Of a DNA stretch of 64,000 bases, positions 60,301 to 64,000 are shown in pieces. The notes beneath the pieces were generated by a model. It was not told where the DNA came from and did not search any database. It saw only the letters and a program-made list of their open reading frames with translations. The stretch is taken from NCBI GenBank assembly GCA_051294375.1, contig CM119264.1, positions 15,398,228 to 15,462,227 on the forward strand. The letters run 5' to 3'. The position numbers and the translations under genes are program-made. The first letter of the stretch is position 1; every line of letters starts with the position of its first letter. Source of the DNA: Paraspadella gotoi. Taxonomy: Eukaryota; Animalia; Chaetognatha.

Positions 60301-62768
60301 CCTGGGCGAAAAGGCCTGGAACGCCACTCGAAGAGCGCGGCGGGCCGGAGAGGCCGGCCGATAGCCCGTCCGCGTCCACCTGTGACGGGGAGGGAGCGAT
60401 GGGCCGGGCGGGTCAGGCGGGGGGCAGGCAGAGTACAGACGCCCGCGCCCGCCGTCCGTGGGAGCCGGCGGATGGGCGACGGCCCTCGGGGTAGAAAGAG
60501 TGCAGGCCAGGGTGGCGACAGGCGCGGGAGACGGGAGCGGGCGGCCAGGGCCGGTGCGAGGAGGAGAAGTGTAAAAGTAGACGAGAAGTCGCGCGTGTAA
60601 AAAAAGACGTGAGCTGAGAAAGTGAGGTGTGAGAGGAATGATGATGAAAACAAGCAGCGGAGGGTCGAGTAGGAGACGAGAAGCGCGCCGTGAAAAAAAA
60701 AGGCAACAGGGGCGAATGAGAGAAGGCCGTGGCAAAGTCGGTACGTACCCAAAGTGCAAAGCGGGGTGCCAGAAAGGCGCGGAAAAAACACGGGGAAAAC
60801 GCATCGAAGTGCCGGAGAGCGGTGCAGCGGAAGCAGCGGGTCCGAGGCGGTGGGTAGGGCAGGGAGAAAAGGATGGTGAGTAGCAAACAAGCCAGGGAAA
60901 TGTGCACGACTGTATGCGTCCGTTAGGGAAGTTGGCAAAACCTGTGCAGGTGGACCGAGGAGGAAAGTAAAGTGGAAAGGGGACAAACCGCAGGGACGAT
61001 GAGAAATGGAAAGGGGAAAGTGTGACAAACGGAAAATGAGGCAAACGTGAGTGCCGTATGAGGGGTCCGGGGACCAGGCAGCACGACGGCGAATGGCGCG
61101 CAGGCTGAGAAGCGGGGGGTGCGTGAAGAGCGGGGCCGTAGGGGTGCGGGGCAGGGGAGAAGGATGTCGGACAGAAAGGAGCAGGGAAAGGGAAAGAGGC
61201 GGGGGGAAGCGCCGAAATGGGAGGTGAAAGAAATGGAAAAGAAGGGGGGAGAAAAAAAAAACGGAGCCGAAGAGCGGGGAAGGAATGAAAAGAGAAAAGG
61301 GAGGGGAAGAGGACTGCCAAAATTAAGCCAGAAGCAGTAGGCAACAGACAACGAGACAAGTGGGAGAACGGACGGAGGCGGCAAACCGCCTGACAGGGGG
61401 GAGGGGCAAACGTGAGGCAAAATGAGAAGGAAGGGATAAAACGAAGGACACCCCAGAAGAAGAAAGGAAAATGGGAAGTGCGGGTGGAGGAGCAGGAAAA
61501 GAATAAAAGGCCGAAAGGGGACGTCGTAGGAAAATCGGAAAGGTGGTGATAAAGAAAAGTGGGAATGGTGATGCACGAAAGAGGGCGGGGCGGACGTGGG
61601 ACAAGCAGGCGTGACAAAAGGCGTACAAAGATGTGAGGTCACCCCAGCACAGCCGAAGGAGGTGAGCGGGCGGGGCACCAGCCAAAAAGGAAACAGTGTA
61701 GTCGGAGGTGAGAGCAGAACAGGGAGGTGTGACGGAAAGGAGCCGGAAGCCAGGCAACGTGCGGCACGGGGAGTGGGAGGGGGCAGCAGAAAAGTGATCA
61801 GCGAAAAGTTGGGAAGTAGGGTAACGTGCTGCACAGGCGGTGAGAAGAGAAGACCACGGGCAGAAGAGCCCAATGGGTGAAGGGAAGAGAAGGATAGGGT
61901 CGGACCAGAAACAGAAAAGAACGGAAAGGGGGGCAGGCCCGGTAGCCTCGTGGAAGAAAAAAAAAGTAACGAGAGGGAAGGAGATGGTGGTAAGAGGAAG
62001 GCAGGAATGCGGGCGAAAAGTCGGAAAAGGCGGAGAAGGGTGAAAAAAAGGGGGGAAAGGGGGAGTGGGGGCGAAGAAGGGCGCCACAAGGTGGAGGCCG
62101 ATGGAAAGAAAAACGGGATAGAGGACAAGTAGGCCGGGCCAGCCACAAGCTAGCCGAGAGAAAAAGAGAGAAAAAAGGCACGGGGCGTGGCGCAGAGCGG
62201 CTGCCGAAGAAAAGAGTAAAAAAAAGAGGAGGAGGGGGCACGGAAGCCACCAAACCGTGTAGCAGCGGCCAGGGGGGCGTGCGAGGCCAAGTCAGTGTCG
62301 GCCGCCCAACCAACCAAGGGCCAGGGCGAGCCCGCGGGGGCGCCGAGACGGGCCCAGAAGAGCAGACCAGGGCGGCAAAGTGTGCGGGGCCAAAGGGAGT
62401 GGAGAAAACGAAGAGCACAAGAAAAAAAGGTGCGGGAGGCGCATGGTAGAGAGGTGCCACGCCAAGGGGGGGCGGCAAACCACGGCCGGGTGGAAAAAGT
62501 GTCAGGAGGCGGGGAAAACAAAGACGTGGAAGAGAATGCAAAATAAAGGGACCAAGACCGGTAAGAGGACATGGGGGGGGGAGAAAAGAAGGGGAGTAAA
62601 AAAGTGGTAGTACAAAGGGGAAGCGGAAACTAAGGGAGTACGGAAGCCAAAGGGCCCTGAGTACACAAACCACGCCACTGAAGGTGGAAGAAAAGGTTCC
62701 ATGCGGGTGAAACAAAGAGCAACCTAAGGGAGGGAATCTACGCGTCGATGAAGCGGGAAAACAAAGAG
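57360..62768. other. Probable sequencing/assembly artefact (low-quality read segment)
   Basis: Aperiodic G/A-rich, T-poor sequence abutting an N gap; the repeat on its left (reverse complement of ~18120-18190) resumes in register after the gap. Confidence 0.88.
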
Positions 62769-63599
62769 NNNNNNNNNNNNNNNNNNNNNNNNNATCTTAG
62801 TTAGTAAAGCGAAAAAAGATATTTTTTTTTTGAGAGAACATAGAAGTATTAAAGTGTTCAATTTTGGCGCCGCCTACTAGATATATGCATGGTGAATTAA
62901 ACAATGTCTATCGGAAATAATAATTTTTATTGTTATTTTGTAAGTATTTTTAAGGATTTTTATTCAGTTGAGTAGATAATAAACGATCAACAACTTTTTT
63001 ATTCGCTAATTTTTATCTCGGGCTCTCTTTCTCTCTCTCTCTATTGTTGTGGAATTCATAATTTTCCAATCTCTGTGTTTTTCGTTTGATTTTTAGTAAC
63101 AAAGCTTTTTACTAAAAGGTCATATAGGCCGCAAAAGCGTGCCCAGGGCCATATCCGTAGATTCATTCATTCATAGATTCAATCTCTCTTTGCAATTGCA
63201 ACGATCCTTATGCTCATTTTTTTCATCAATGATTATGTAAATTGTAATACGTATTGTTATGCTGAATGACCTTTCCTCTTAAAAGGCAAAAATATTAAAA
63301 AAAGGGAGAGGAATTGTTTTTGATCAATTTCTTCTAAACCCATGGGCCAATTTAGACGTAACTTAAGATTTACATTATTCCAGTCATTCTCTATCCAAAA
63401 ATATAAAAACATTATGAAAAAAAGGTTTGGGATCGAGTATATGAATTATTAAATATTATAATAATATTATTTTATATTTTTGACTATTCGTCATTTCAAT
63501 TTCAACTTCTTAAACTCATTAATTTATTTCAATGTTTACATTAAGTTAACTCTTAAGTTTGTTATTTTATCTCTATCATTTTTACATTACAGAAAAAAT

Positions 63600-63920
63600 G
63601 TTAAGATTTTCTCTTACCCTGTTCTCTCTCTCTACTCTCTCAATTTCAAATTATCAACCCAACTATCATCTTGATCACCTTTCACCTTCCTCACATCTGA
63701 CCACTGTCCTTTGCCCATTCTTTTGCGAAAACTCCTCTTTCGTGGTGCCGGTTCGGTGTGCGTCGTTTCCTCCCTATCTCTCTCTCTTCTTTCTCAACCT
63801 TAATGTTAAAAGAGTTAAAATTATTGATGTCATAACTGATGAAAGACTCCTAAAACTCAAGAGTCAAAACATGTATAATAATAAAACAATCGTTGATAAA
63901 CAAATTAGTTTTTCTCCTAA
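63600..63920 (+). mobile_element. PLE pLTR with degenerate hammerhead (63836-63875)
   Basis: CUGAUGA-AA-GACUC(11 nt)GAGUC-AAAAC-AU-GUA, preceded by the cctcacatctgaccactgtcc pLTR motif. Confidence 0.65.
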
Positions 63921-64000
63921 ATTATAATAATAGTGGAATTTAGAAAAATGTATAGAAACATTTTAAAATTCTACTTTAGGGTCTACGTCTCTTAAAAACG

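Noticed and set aside
57284-62715. Dozens of ORFs up to 553 aa
   Set aside because: Compositional artefacts in probable noise sequence; overlapping in all frames, no domains.

Overview
AT-rich, repeat-dense metazoan (invertebrate-type) genomic DNA from an error-prone long-read assembly, with N gaps at 3038-3062 and 62769-62793. Host genes, all on +: (i) the last five coding exons of a RASGEF1-family RasGEF (10533-26689), which I assembled by hand from GT-AG exons that the ORF track misses; (ii) a 2473-aa PCM1 (pericentriolar material 1) homologue encoded by one uninterrupted 7.4-kb ORF (33151-40572); (iii) a probable first coding exon of an unidentified gene at 56130. The rest is nested mobile DNA: two LTR-retrotransposon families (tRNA-Trp and tRNA-Gly-like PBS), a Tc1 deletion derivative, hAT-like and other MITEs, three Helentron/DINE-1-like (HINE) families (one carrying an 18-bp satellite), a tRNA-derived SINE, and many Penelope-like element (PLE) pseudo-LTRs. 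The most striking system is about 12 minimal hammerhead ribozyme motifs with compensatory stem changes. Most sit in small inverted-repeat cassettes (two with clear 10-12-bp TSDs), one of them 143 nt upstream of a RASGEF1 splice acceptor, and two genomic junctions fall on the predicted self-cleavage site. The 5.4-kb purine-rich block at about 57360-62768, and its many ORFs, looks like a raw-read artefact. All protein and family assignments are from recalled motifs, not database searches.
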